A DNA stretch of 64,000 nt from an uncultured Chlamydiales bacterium (GTDB taxonomy: Bacteria > Chlamydiota > Chlamydiia > Chlamydiales > JAAKFR01): positions 1,835,757 through 1,899,756 of the forward strand of contig OY969414.1 of assembly GCA_963699155.1 (NCBI GenBank), read 5' to 3'. Shown here one piece after another: positions 1-9,074 of this stretch; within the stretch, counting starts at the first letter, position 1, and each line of letters opens with the position of its first letter. The notes beneath the pieces were generated by a model. The model was not told where the DNA came from, made no database searches, and saw nothing but the letters and a program-made list of their open reading frames with translations. A program made the translations under genes and the position numbers.

Positions 1-1
1 A

Positions 2-349
2 GAGGCTGGAGTTGAAATCGATGAAATCATCCATAGCGAAAAGCCTCGGGCCACGCAAACCGCCCAGATCATCGGTGAGATCGCAGCCCCCGATCTCACA
101 CTTATCACTCATCCTGGTTTAAAACCGAATGACCCGATTGAGCCACTTCTCCCAGAAATCTTTACTTTGGACCATGCTCTGATGATTGTGAGCCATCTCC
201 CCTTTCTCGAAAAATTGCTTACACGTTTGGTTTTAGGGCATCAAGCAGTGAGCCCTGTCGATCTCAGCAGCTCTTGCGTCATCTGCTTAGAAGGATCAGG
301 CGAGTTTTGGATCATCTCTTGGGTGATCTCACCTAAACTTAAATCCTAG
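2..349 (+). CDS. sixA: Phosphohistidine phosphatase SixA-like, 5'-truncated by the window edge
   Basis: Frame is open from base 2 (EAGVEIDEIIHSEKPRATQTAQII...GLKPNDP...LMIVSHLPFL). S-x-x-x-RAxQTA and VSHLP are histidine-phosphatase motifs. Confidence 0.8.
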   Translation, partial: EAGVEIDEIIHSEKPRATQTAQIIGEIAAPDLTLITHPGLKPNDPIEPLLPEIFTLDHALMIVSHLPFLEKLLTRLVLGHQAVSPVDLSSSCVICLEGSGEFWIISWVISPKLKS

Positions 350-962
350 AAACACTCTCTGAACGTGACAAAAAGAGATTCAGAGCAGAAGCTGTCGAAG
401 CTAGCCCCTGATGATGGATCGATTGGAGCCCGAGCCCCTTGCCCACATCGACAAGCAACTTACGATCGTCGATATAGGCAATTTTAGAAGGTGGTATCTG
501 AATGATGTCGACCGCCAAACGATAGATATCTGGATCGGGCTTCCGAAAGTGGACGAAGGAAGAGACCACAAAAAAATCGACAAAGGAGGCGAGATTGAAA
601 CGATGGATTCTGTCGATGGCAAGCTCCCTTCCTTCATTACTGACGACACCTATCTTTAAATGATAACGCTCTCTGATCTCTTTAATATATTCGATCATAT
701 CCTCATAAGCTTGTGCAGAGTCGAATATGAACTGCTTCAGCTCTTGTATTGTAAAAGGGCGCTCTTGGTAGAAGATCACCTTTTTGAGATAGTCGTCTAG
801 GCTCATTTTTCCTGTTTCGTAGGTATCAAAGATGAGCTGATGGCGCTTCTCCATTTCTGTGTAATCAAATTGAAAGAGATCTGCTGTCTTTTTGCGCAAG
901 GCATGGTCCCAACCACCCGTTAATAGAACACCACCGATATCTAAAAAAAGTCCTTCAATCAT
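339..962 (-). CDS. HAD-superfamily hydrolase
   Basis: Motif I FLDIGGVL, VSN, RKPDP and YIDD motifs. Confidence 0.9.
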   Translation of the reverse strand: MIEGLFLDIGGVLLTGGWDHALRKKTADLFQFDYTEMEKRHQLIFDTYETGKMSLDDYLKKVIFYQERPFTIQELKQFIFDSAQAYEDMIEYIKEIRERYHLKIGVVSNEGRELAIDRIHRFNLASFVDFFVVSSFVHFRKPDPDIYRLAVDIIQIPPSKIAYIDDRKLLVDVGKGLGLQSIHHQGLASTASALNLFLSRSESVSRI

Positions 963-1039
963 AGTAATAGAGATTGCTGCTTAATTTAATTATTTAATAT
1001 GATTGTAATAAAAGAATATTTATTTTGATAGGCTTTATT

Positions 1040-2137
1040 ATGGCTGAGAATAAAGGTGTAATTCTTGTCACCGGCTCTAGTGGAAGGATCGGAGCAGGAG
1101 TGGTGAAAAGACTAGGTGCCGAGTATAGGATAGTTGGCTTTGAATTGCTTAAAGCATTATATGCCTCTGCCAATGAAGAACTTGTGCCTTGCGATCTCTC
1201 CTCTGATGAAAGTGTCCATCAGGCGCTCGCCCACGTCCGCAATTTTTATGGGAACACGATCACCGCCGTCATCCATCTCGCCGCCTACTATAGTTTTGAG
1301 CATAAAGAATCAGAACTTTACGAAAAGATAACGGTTGACGGTACGCGAAGGCTTTTAAGGGGATTAAGAAACTTCAATGTGGAGCAATTTATCTTCTCGA
1401 GTACCATGCTGGTCCATGCTCCCTGTCAGCCGGGACAAAAAATCGATGAAAATTGGCCCATTCAACCGAAATGGGCCTACCCTGCCTCAAAGGTGAAGAC
1501 GGAAAAGTTAATTCACGAAGAGCGTGGAAACATCCCCACTGTCATTTTACGCATTTCAGGTGTCTATGATGATGAATGCCATTGTATTCCACTCGCCCAT
1601 CAGATTCAGCGGATCTATGAGGATCAATTGAATGCCCATCTCTTTGCCGGAAATATTAACCATGGGAGCGATTTCATCCACCTCCATGATCTGGTCGATG
1701 CGATTCAAGCCTGTGTCAATTTAAGAAAGCAGCTACCGGAAGAGTTGACACTGTTGATTGGGGAGGGAAAAACTTACAGTTACCAACTCCTCCAAAATCA
1801 CATCAGCCAGCTCTTATACAGTAAAGACATCAAGACAATCACCATGCCCAAGACATTGGCCAAGATGGGTGCTTGGATCGAAACACACACTCCCTTTGTC
1901 AAAGATCAGTTCATAAAGCCCTGGATGATCGATCTCTCTGACGACCACTATGATCTCGATATCTCCCGCGCGAAACAACATTTAAAGTGGGAGCCAAAAT
2001 ATGCTTTGGATAAAAGACTTCCCGTGATGATCAATCAGCTCAAACATGACCCCATTGCTTGGTATAAGAAGAATGGTTTAGAGATGACCGAATCGGTCCG
2101 TCATCGCATTGAAGAAGAAGAGTTGTCGCACAAATGA
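1040..2137 (+). CDS. NAD-dependent epimerase/dehydratase (extended SDR)
   Basis: VTGSSGRIG Rossmann motif, HLAA and YxxSK (YPASK). Start placed at ATG 1040. Confidence 0.85.
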   Translation: MAENKGVILVTGSSGRIGAGVVKRLGAEYRIVGFELLKALYASANEELVPCDLSSDESVHQALAHVRNFYGNTITAVIHLAAYYSFEHKESELYEKITVDGTRRLLRGLRNFNVEQFIFSSTMLVHAPCQPGQKIDENWPIQPKWAYPASKVKTEKLIHEERGNIPTVILRISGVYDDECHCIPLAHQIQRIYEDQLNAHLFAGNINHGSDFIHLHDLVDAIQACVNLRKQLPEELTLLIGEGKTYSYQLLQNHISQLLYSKDIKTITMPKTLAKMGAWIETHTPFVKDQFIKPWMIDLSDDHYDLDISRAKQHLKWEPKYALDKRLPVMINQLKHDPIAWYKKNGLEMTESVRHRIEEEELSHK

Positions 2138-3120
2138 TGCAAGCGATGGTGTTAAGGGGAGCTAAACAGCTCCTCCAGTTAGAAGAGCTTCCCATTCCAG
2201 AACCCACAGCGGACCAAGTGCTGATCCAGGTCTCTGCGTGCGGCGTCTGCCGAACCGACCTCCACATTGTCGATGGGGAGCTGCCTCTGCCCAAACTGCC
2301 GATCGTACCTGGACACCAGATCGTCGGTAAAATTGTAAAGTTGGGTGAGCGTGTGCGTGGCTTTCAAAAAGGAGATCGTGTAGGCGTCCCCTGGTTAGGT
2401 GGAAGTGACCAAACCTGCTCTTACTGCCGCCAAAATCAAGAAAATCTCTGTGACCGGGCGATCTATACAGGCTATCAGATCGATGGTGGCTATGCTGAAT
2501 ATTGCGTGGCAGATGCCCGATTTATTTTTCATCTTCCCATAAATTATTCTGACATTGAAGCTGCCCCTCTGTTATGTGCAGGATTAATCGGCTACAGGGC
2601 TCTTCGGCTAGCTGGAGAGGCGAAACGGATCGGCTTTTTCGGCTTCGGAGCCTCCGCTCACCTTCTGACCCAGGTCATGATCTATCGAGGGGCCGAAGTC
2701 TATGCCTTTACAAGGACAGGTGACACTGTCAAACAAGAGGTCGCCAAAAAATTGGGGGCTGTCTGGGCCTCGGGTACTGATAAACTACCTCCAGAACCCC
2801 TAGATGCAGCCATCATCTTCGCCCCAGTAGGCCCTTTAGTGCCCATCGCTCTAGAATCGATCAAGAAGGGAGGAGTTGTCGTCTGCGCGGGTATCCACAT
2901 GAGCGATATTCCCTCTTTTCCCTATCGGATCCTCTGGGGGGAGCGGGTTCTCCGCTCAGTGGCCAACCTGACCCGTCAAGATGGCGCTGAGTTCCTCGAG
3001 CTTGCCCCTAAAATCCCCATCCGTACAGAGGTGACGACCTACCCTCTCGAGAAGGCCAACCAGGCCCTCGATGACCTCCGTCATGGCCGTTTTGCGGGTA
3101 CCGCCGTTCTCTTAATGTAA
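2134..3120 (+). CDS. Zinc-dependent alcohol dehydrogenase
   Basis: CGVCRTDLH, PGHQIVG, structural Zn lobe (DxxCxxC...C) and APLLCAG. Confidence 0.92.
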   Translation: MMQAMVLRGAKQLLQLEELPIPEPTADQVLIQVSACGVCRTDLHIVDGELPLPKLPIVPGHQIVGKIVKLGERVRGFQKGDRVGVPWLGGSDQTCSYCRQNQENLCDRAIYTGYQIDGGYAEYCVADARFIFHLPINYSDIEAAPLLCAGLIGYRALRLAGEAKRIGFFGFGASAHLLTQVMIYRGAEVYAFTRTGDTVKQEVAKKLGAVWASGTDKLPPEPLDAAIIFAPVGPLVPIALESIKKGGVVVCAGIHMSDIPSFPYRILWGERVLRSVANLTRQDGAEFLELAPKIPIRTEVTTYPLEKANQALDDLRHGRFAGTAVLLM

Positions 3121-3141
3121 TATTCTGCTATACTTTGAAGC

Positions 3142-4680
3142 ATGTCTGTCAGGCTAATCTCTTCTGTCCCCTCCTCTGAAAAGGTGACAATCGATGACGG
3201 TGTAAGAAAAAGCCTGCTTTTTCTTGAGATCCAGATCCATGCTTTTCTTCTCGAATGTCTCGAAAGCGGACTTCCCGACGAGCTTCTACAAAAGGTGATT
3301 GCTCTCTTTAAGCAAGAGAAGACGGCTACTCTAGAGCTGGAAAACCAACTCGTCGACCTCTACCGCTCCCGAGTCGAAATGGTCCCTCGCTTAGAGGCTC
3401 TTCTTCGAGAAATGGGATCTACCCCCCTTCAACAGGCTCTGGAAGAAATTTTGTTTCAGCTCGATCGTCACCTCTGCCGTATGAATGGACTTCACACAGT
3501 CACTAAAGCAGAGATTGATCAGTGGCAAACTACCCTCAGACAGTTCGTGACAGATTTTACCCTCGCGTTGAAGCAAGCGACGAAATCCGCTTGGAAGAGT
3601 GACTATCCGAAGGTCATGCGCAAAGTCGAAATTCTCATCCTCTATCGCACCTGGGAAGCATTGCTGCCTGGAGCAATCAGAGAAAAGGCTCACTTTTTCC
3701 AAACATTCTCTTCTGAAAAAAAGAGCGGCAAAGCGCTCCGCAAATGGTGTGTGCCCTACTTTCAAAAAGATCCCGCGCAAACAAGCACAAAAGTCATCGC
3801 TGAGATAGAAAGAGTCAAAGCGCGTGTTTTTGCCGCTGAGAAGGCGCTTCGCACTCAGTCAAGGCTCTCTTCTCTGGTCTATTCGCTCTTGAGCGACAAT
3901 CCCTATACGCGTTTCTATGGCGGCCTGGTAGAAGGTCTAAGAAAAATCACTCAAAGAGATCTCAGCCCTAATTTCCTCAACTTCTCCAAAGGAACAGCTG
4001 CAGCAGGAGCTTTTGCACTCGAGCTCGTCCTGTGGGAGGCGGTCGGCATCTCCTATAAAATGTTGCAAACAGTCAGCCATCAATTCATGCCTTCCATCGA
4101 CTCCTGGATGAACTTCTGCCATCATTTCGGCTTTGATGAGAAATGGGCTATTTCCACTTTCACCACTGTAGAAAAGTGTGTCGAATGTTCCACCTATACG
4201 GCCTTCACAGCCTACTCGCTAGGTTTTACTCCTTCGGTCCTGGTAACCGCTCCGCTCGGATATGGTTTTGGAGTTGCGACGACTACTCTTACGGAGCTAA
4301 CCCTTAAGCAGGTTTTTCGCGACAATGGCTTTGAACCCAAAAGTTCTACTGCCTACCCGCTTCTTTCTGGAGTGGCTCAAATGGTGGCCTTTCCTCTCGG
4401 CAGTCTCATTCTTCATGAATTTTATCTGCCCCGGCGATTTCTCTATTCAGGACCTATATTTCAAAATCGCAATGGCTGCGCAGCTGAACCCCAGCGCTGC
4501 CGCGAAGAGGCGTGCCGCTTTCTCGGAGCTTCCCCCACATCCAGTCAAGAAGCCATCCAGAAACTTTTCCATAACCTATCGAAACAATATCATCCCGACC
4601 GCAACCCCACTGGCCATTCTATGTACCAGCTCATCTCTACCGCCAAAGAGGCCTGCCTAAACCAGGAACTCAGATTATGA
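3142..4680 (+). CDS. Hypothetical protein with hydrophobic segments and C-terminal DnaJ domain
   Basis: C-terminal ...FLGASPTSSQEAIQKLFHNLSKQYHPDRN...ISTAKEAC J-domain with HPD. Confidence 0.75.
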   Translation: MSVRLISSVPSSEKVTIDDGVRKSLLFLEIQIHAFLLECLESGLPDELLQKVIALFKQEKTATLELENQLVDLYRSRVEMVPRLEALLREMGSTPLQQALEEILFQLDRHLCRMNGLHTVTKAEIDQWQTTLRQFVTDFTLALKQATKSAWKSDYPKVMRKVEILILYRTWEALLPGAIREKAHFFQTFSSEKKSGKALRKWCVPYFQKDPAQTSTKVIAEIERVKARVFAAEKALRTQSRLSSLVYSLLSDNPYTRFYGGLVEGLRKITQRDLSPNFLNFSKGTAAAGAFALELVLWEAVGISYKMLQTVSHQFMPSIDSWMNFCHHFGFDEKWAISTFTTVEKCVECSTYTAFTAYSLGFTPSVLVTAPLGYGFGVATTTLTELTLKQVFRDNGFEPKSSTAYPLLSGVAQMVAFPLGSLILHEFYLPRRFLYSGPIFQNRNGCAAEPQRCREEACRFLGASPTSSQEAIQKLFHNLSKQYHPDRNPTGHSMYQLISTAKEACLNQELRL

Positions 4681-6125
4681 GTCGCATTGTCGTTGTAGGA
4701 GCTGGCCCTTCAGGATTGGCATTGGCTCTCACGCTCTATAGAAATGGCATTCCTGTGCGCCTCATCGATGAAAAACAGGGGCCCTCAACCCATTCCAAGG
4801 CCTTGGCTATCCATGCCCGCACACTGGAACTTTTCGCTAAATTAGGTCTCATCGACCCCTTTTTAGAGAAAGGCAAAAAAGCCCATTCCATCACCCTCCA
4901 CAAAGATAACAAGGCCTATGCACTGACTGTCGAGCCCTTTTCAGATACCCCCTATCCCTTTATCCTCGTCCTCTCTCAAGCGGAGACAGAAAAAATCCTA
5001 GCGGAGGCCCTCCTCAAGTGTGGAGGAAGCATTGAATGGAATAAAAAGATGGTCGGTCTGGAGGGAAATGAGGCTCTCCTCTCACCCGATGAAAGGATAC
5101 CCTTCGATTGGTTGATCGGCTGCGATGGCGGCAAAAGCAGCGTCAGGAAGCTCCTAAAAGCCCCTTTTGTAGGCAATGAACTCCCTGAGACATTTTTAAT
5201 TATCGATGTCCAAGGCAAGTCAACTTTCAACGACTCCTCTCCCCACTTCTTTTTCTCAAAAAAAGGAGTTCTCGGAACATTCGCCTTCGACCCTCCACTT
5301 CACCGTCTGATCCTTCCCCTGAGAGAGGGTAAGGTGATCGGCAGCACTATCGAAGAAATTGAGAATGAGATCCGCCAGAGAGGCTGCACCTCTCTGCATG
5401 TCAACAACCTGGAATGGATCTCCAACTTCAAAATTCACCGTAGAATGGTATCCCAAATGCGATTTGGAAAGTGCTTCCTTGCAGGAGATGCTGCCCATAT
5501 TCATAGTCCAGCGGGTGGCCAAGGCATGAATATGAGCATCCAAGATGCCTTTAATCTCGGATGGAAGTTGAGCCTCGTCACCAAAAAACTCGCACCTGAA
5601 AATCTTCTCGATAGCTATGAAAAAGAACGACTACCCATTGCAAAAAGGGTCTTAAAAAATACCACCCGCATCACACAACTACTCACCTTTGTCCAAAGAA
5701 CAAACTGGTTTACTCCCCTTCTCTTCACTCTCAAGATCATCAACTCCCTTTTCCGAAAGAAGGTCAGCCGAGCCCTCATGGAGCTTTCCTACCGCTACCC
5801 TATAAAAGAACCTCTCCGCAACCTTTTCTGGCGAGGACCCAAAGCTGGGAGACGCGCTCCCGATCTTCTCCTCGAAGACAACAGCCACTTCTTTGACACC
5901 CTCAACCTCCAACCCACCCTACTTCTCTTCCAAGAGAACCCCCACCTCAAAAGCCCCGCCTACACCACCCTCATTCTCCCCGACAAAAACCTCATGCGCA
6001 CCTACCACGCCACACCCGATTCAGTCTACTTCATCCGCCCCGACGGCGTCATCGCCTACCGCCGCCGCACCCTCCACAAACCCGCCCTCCTGCACGCCCT
6101 CTCCCCCTACTTTTCCTCCCCCTAA
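4677..6125 (+). CDS. FAD-dependent monooxygenase (FAD_binding_3, PheA/TfdB-like)
   Basis: GAGPSGL, GCDGGKS and LAGDAAHIHSPAGGQGMN motifs. Confidence 0.9.
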   Translation: MSRIVVVGAGPSGLALALTLYRNGIPVRLIDEKQGPSTHSKALAIHARTLELFAKLGLIDPFLEKGKKAHSITLHKDNKAYALTVEPFSDTPYPFILVLSQAETEKILAEALLKCGGSIEWNKKMVGLEGNEALLSPDERIPFDWLIGCDGGKSSVRKLLKAPFVGNELPETFLIIDVQGKSTFNDSSPHFFFSKKGVLGTFAFDPPLHRLILPLREGKVIGSTIEEIENEIRQRGCTSLHVNNLEWISNFKIHRRMVSQMRFGKCFLAGDAAHIHSPAGGQGMNMSIQDAFNLGWKLSLVTKKLAPENLLDSYEKERLPIAKRVLKNTTRITQLLTFVQRTNWFTPLLFTLKIINSLFRKKVSRALMELSYRYPIKEPLRNLFWRGPKAGRRAPDLLLEDNSHFFDTLNLQPTLLLFQENPHLKSPAYTTLILPDKNLMRTYHATPDSVYFIRPDGVIAYRRRTLHKPALLHALSPYFSSP

Positions 6126-6258
6126 AAAACCCCTCCTGCGCTTCAGCCTCGGCCTTGCCTCGGCTTACGCGATATCTGGAGGAGAGAGGCTTACGCCGCC
6201 TCTCTCCCCCTATACCCCCTCTCACCGCGGCAAAGGGGCATTGCCCCTTTGCATTCCC
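6126..6258. repeat. Cluster of GC-rich hairpins (REP-like)
   Basis: Stems GGAGAGAGGC/GCCTCTCTCC (6181-6207) and GCAAAGGGGCA/TGCCCCTTTGC (6230-6252). The second resembles the hairpin at 28402-28423. Confidence 0.6.
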
Positions 6259-6442
6259 ATTTTTCGCCGATTGTCATGAATTCATCTGCCCACGGGCATT
6301 CATCGACTACCGCCGCACCCCTCCACGAACCAGCTCAAGCACACCTGAAACCGGGACACCTTCCCATCTACTCAAAAATAGTGCCTCCAAGCGCACCTTT
6401 GAGAGCCACTCCAACGAAACCCCCAATACTTTGCTGGTTGTC

Positions 6443-6784
6443 TTACCCACACGGATTTTTATCACGAATAGCACTAAGCTTATTGTAATCGGATTGGTAA
6501 GGTTCCATATATTTGAGATCAGCTAGGATATTCGTAAGCACTTGTTTCATCCACTTTTCAATCCTTTCGCTTAACCGATAATATACCCACTGCCCCCTGC
6601 GCTCATCCAGAACAAGCCCAGACTTGCGCAAAAGGGAGAGGTGGCGCGAAATTTTTGGTTGAATGCTTCTAAGGGCATGGCTTAATTCACAGACACAGAG
6701 TTCTTTTTCCTGGTGCAGTAGTAAAAGGCAACGTAATCGTGTTTCGTCAGATAAAAGGGTAAAAAACTCTTGGGGTGTGATCAT
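6443..6784 (-). CDS. arsR: ArsR/SmtB family metalloregulator
   Basis: ELCVCEL arsenite-binding box, SQPKISRHL-like helix, RRGQWVYYRL. Confidence 0.92.
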   Translation of the reverse strand: MITPQEFFTLLSDETRLRCLLLLHQEKELCVCELSHALRSIQPKISRHLSLLRKSGLVLDERRGQWVYYRLSERIEKWMKQVLTNILADLKYMEPYQSDYNKLSAIRDKNPCG

Positions 6785-7656
6785 GTTTTTGCTCTCGGTT
6801 TAGTAGCTGTTATTTTAGCGGAAATTACATAGTTCTCAGCATCGGAACCAGGAACCCAGTCTTTGATGAACATACGGCTTGCTTCCTGCGTTTCAATAAC
6901 AATGTCAGTAAATCCCGATTTGGCTAGGATTTGTTTCAGTTCACTGATAGGGATTGCACCTGAGATGCAATTGCAGTAAAGTTCTTTATTATTAACCATC
7001 TCTGGAGGTAATGGTTTATAGGCGACCATATCAGATATAGCTAGGCGTCCTCCATCTTTGAGTACTCTAAAAGATTCTCTAAAAACCTGCTCCTTATTTG
7101 TAGATAAGTTAACTACACAGTTTGAAATGATGATGTCCGCAGTTTTGTCTGGGAGGGGAAGATGTTCAATTTCACCGAGTAAAAATTCCACATTTTTATA
7201 CCCACCTTTAGCTGCTGTGTCTCTTGCTGTGCTTAACATCTCTGGTGTCATATCGACACCATATACCTTTCCAGTAGGACCAACCTTGCTGGAAGCCAAA
7301 AAGGCGTCAAATCCACCTCCTGCTCCCAAGTCAAGGACAACTTCACCTTGCTTCAAACTTGCAATAGCCTGTGGATTTCCACATCCAAGACCCATGTTCG
7401 TTCCTTCTGGCACGCTATCTAGTTCTTCTTGGGTGTACCCCAGCTCTTTTAAATAATCAGGGTCAGGTTTGGCGGAAACTCCACAACAGCTGCGACCATT
7501 GCCACAACCCTCATTTTTGTTATTTGCTTCAACAACACGGCCGTAAGCATCTCTAACTTCTTGTTTGATATCTTCCATGTTCTTGTTTGCCTCTCTATTC
7601 TGCACTGTTACGTATTGAACATGTTCAACTTTAGGAGGTTGATAATAGTAGTCCAT
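6781..7656 (-). CDS. arsM: Arsenite S-adenosylmethionine methyltransferase
   Basis: SCC, GLGCGNP, VLDLGAGGGFD, ISNCVVNL and CISGA motifs. Start at 7656 follows an AGGAG RBS. Confidence 0.92.
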   Translation of the reverse strand: MDYYYQPPKVEHVQYVTVQNREANKNMEDIKQEVRDAYGRVVEANNKNEGCGNGRSCCGVSAKPDPDYLKELGYTQEELDSVPEGTNMGLGCGNPQAIASLKQGEVVLDLGAGGGFDAFLASSKVGPTGKVYGVDMTPEMLSTARDTAAKGGYKNVEFLLGEIEHLPLPDKTADIIISNCVVNLSTNKEQVFRESFRVLKDGGRLAISDMVAYKPLPPEMVNNKELYCNCISGAIPISELKQILAKSGFTDIVIETQEASRMFIKDWVPGSDAENYVISAKITATKPRAKT

Positions 7657-7674
7657 ATAGGCTCCTTCTTGTGT

Positions 7675-7710
7675 ATATTCGGATATATGAATATACGTAT
7701 ATATGAATAT
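7675..7710. promoter_or_regulatory. Putative ArsR operator: two overlapping inverted repeats
   Basis: ATATTC-N8-GAATAT (7675-7694) and ATATAC-N8-GAATAT (7691-7710), directly upstream of arsM. Confidence 0.65.
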
Positions 7711-7794
7711 CCAATTTGCTGTCAACCTAATCGCTCGGTTGATGTACTTTTCATCCCCCTAAATACCCCCTTCTCTGTAATATCATTCACTTCT

Positions 7795-8379
7795 ATGACA
7801 AAGAGAATCTTGATCATTGCAGGCCCCAACGGCTCTGGCAAAACCACAACTGCTTCGACTCTCCTGTCAGATTTTTTGAAGATCTACGAATTTATCAATG
7901 CGGATGAAATTGCTAAAGGTCTATCGCCCTTTCATCCTGAAACAGTTTCCTTAGCAGCAAGCAAATTGATGATAAAACGATTGCGAGAACTTCTTGACCA
8001 AGGGAAAAACTTTGCCTTCGAGACAACTGCTGCTGGGACAAATTATTTGAAATACCTCACCGCAGCGAAAGAAAAATCATACCAAATTAATTTGTTTTTT
8101 CTCTGGCTGTCCAGTCCTGAACTTGCTCTACAACGTGTTGCTCAAATAGTCGCAAAGGGCGGCCACCATATACCAGCCGAAACAATAAAAAGAAGATACC
8201 ATCTAGGTGCTCATCATTTGCTAAAAAATTATTTACCCCTTGCAGATGTGGCTGTAATTTTGGATAATTCTGTAATGGGAAGGCAAAAAATTATTGCTTA
8301 CAGTGTTAAAGGCACAGTTGCAATAGAGGACGCTAAAAGCTGGGAACAGATTTCCAAGGCTGCACAAAAAAATGGCTAA
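7795..8379 (+). CDS. Zeta-toxin-like / AAA family P-loop kinase-ATPase
   Basis: IIAGPNGSGKTT, INADEIA, FAFETT and GGHHIP. The likely start is ATG 7795, not 7561. Confidence 0.85.
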   Translation: MTKRILIIAGPNGSGKTTTASTLLSDFLKIYEFINADEIAKGLSPFHPETVSLAASKLMIKRLRELLDQGKNFAFETTAAGTNYLKYLTAAKEKSYQINLFFLWLSSPELALQRVAQIVAKGGHHIPAETIKRRYHLGAHHLLKNYLPLADVAVILDNSVMGRQKIIAYSVKGTVAIEDAKSWEQISKAAQKNG

Positions 8380-8566
8380 GAAAAGAAGACACCCAATTAT
8401 TGACCTGATGCTAAAAGGTCACCGTGCTGGTGTTAAAAAGGCAATTGATGATTCAGAACGAACGGGCGTTCCTCTCGTTGTAGAAAAAAACGGCAAGATC
8501 ATCAAAATAAAACCCAAATACAAATACGTCCGCGTCCCTGTAAAAAAGTCCAGCAAACTTAACTGA
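8372..8566 (+). CDS. Small basic protein coupled to the zeta-like ATPase (possible partner)
   Basis: Overlaps the ATPase stop. The VKKAI...GVPLVVEKNGKIIKI pattern is typical of small genes downstream of these ATPases. Confidence 0.6.
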   Translation: MAKKRRHPIIDLMLKGHRAGVKKAIDDSERTGVPLVVEKNGKIIKIKPKYKYVRVPVKKSSKLN

Positions 8567-8660
8567 ATTCAGATTACTAATAACGCGCCATTTTTTTTAA
8601 TTTCTCACCAATAGGGCAATTCATAATAAGCCCTATATTCCAGGCCTTTTCTAAAACTGT

Positions 8661-8807
8661 ATCAATTAGGCCCGACGCTGCGACACTCGGCTGCTGGGCA
8701 GCCTCGGTCGCAGGCGCGGGTGGGGGCGCCGAAGGTCGCTCGCGGCCCTCAATGGGCCGCTGCCACTCTCAACGGCGCCAATTGCCGAGCCGCTGATATC
8801 TTCACAG
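8661..8807 (+). repeat. GC-rich structured repeat/MITE, copy A
   Basis: ATCAATTAGGCCCGACGCTGCGACACTCGGC...GCCGAGCC with nested stems. Homologous to 9075-9217 (inverted), 37319-37392 and 45368-45454. Confidence 0.8.
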
Positions 8808-8830
8808 GTAAAAACTTTCCTGGAGCTATT

Positions 8831-9074
8831 ATGGAGCCCCAACAACCCTATTCAGGAATCTTCTCTTCCATGTGCAAAGCCTCGTCTGAGAAGCCCCAGA
8901 AGGACTCAGATAGGAATAAGATGGTCAGCGTCAGATGATCTTCTGCCGAGTGAGCACAAAGCACGTTTTGTTTGGGATTTTGTAGGACAACTCTATCTTG
9001 GTAGTGTTTTAGGTAACATAAAGTCAGCAGAAGACAAAGCAGGTCGCCCAGCGCCAGATCCAAGGCTAGGATAA
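8831..9074 (+). pseudogene. IS1182-family transposase N-terminal remnant (frameshifted, truncated)
   Basis: The frame from 8871 reads KPRLRSPRRTQIGIRWSASDDLLPSEHKARFVWDFVGQLYLGSVLGNIKSAEDKAGRPAPDPRLG*. This matches the IS1182 R..Q...LLP..H.AR.VW...GRP..DP signature. ATG 8831 is in another frame. Confidence 0.75.

Noticed and set aside
2400..2455. Asp in place of the first structural Zn cysteine of the ADH
   Set aside because: Acidic substitution at this ligand is known in bacterial and archaeal ADHs, and the other three Cys are intact.
7561..7794. N-terminal extension of the zeta-like ATPase in the ORF track
   Set aside because: It overlaps arsM and its operator, and the family motif starts right after ATG 7795.
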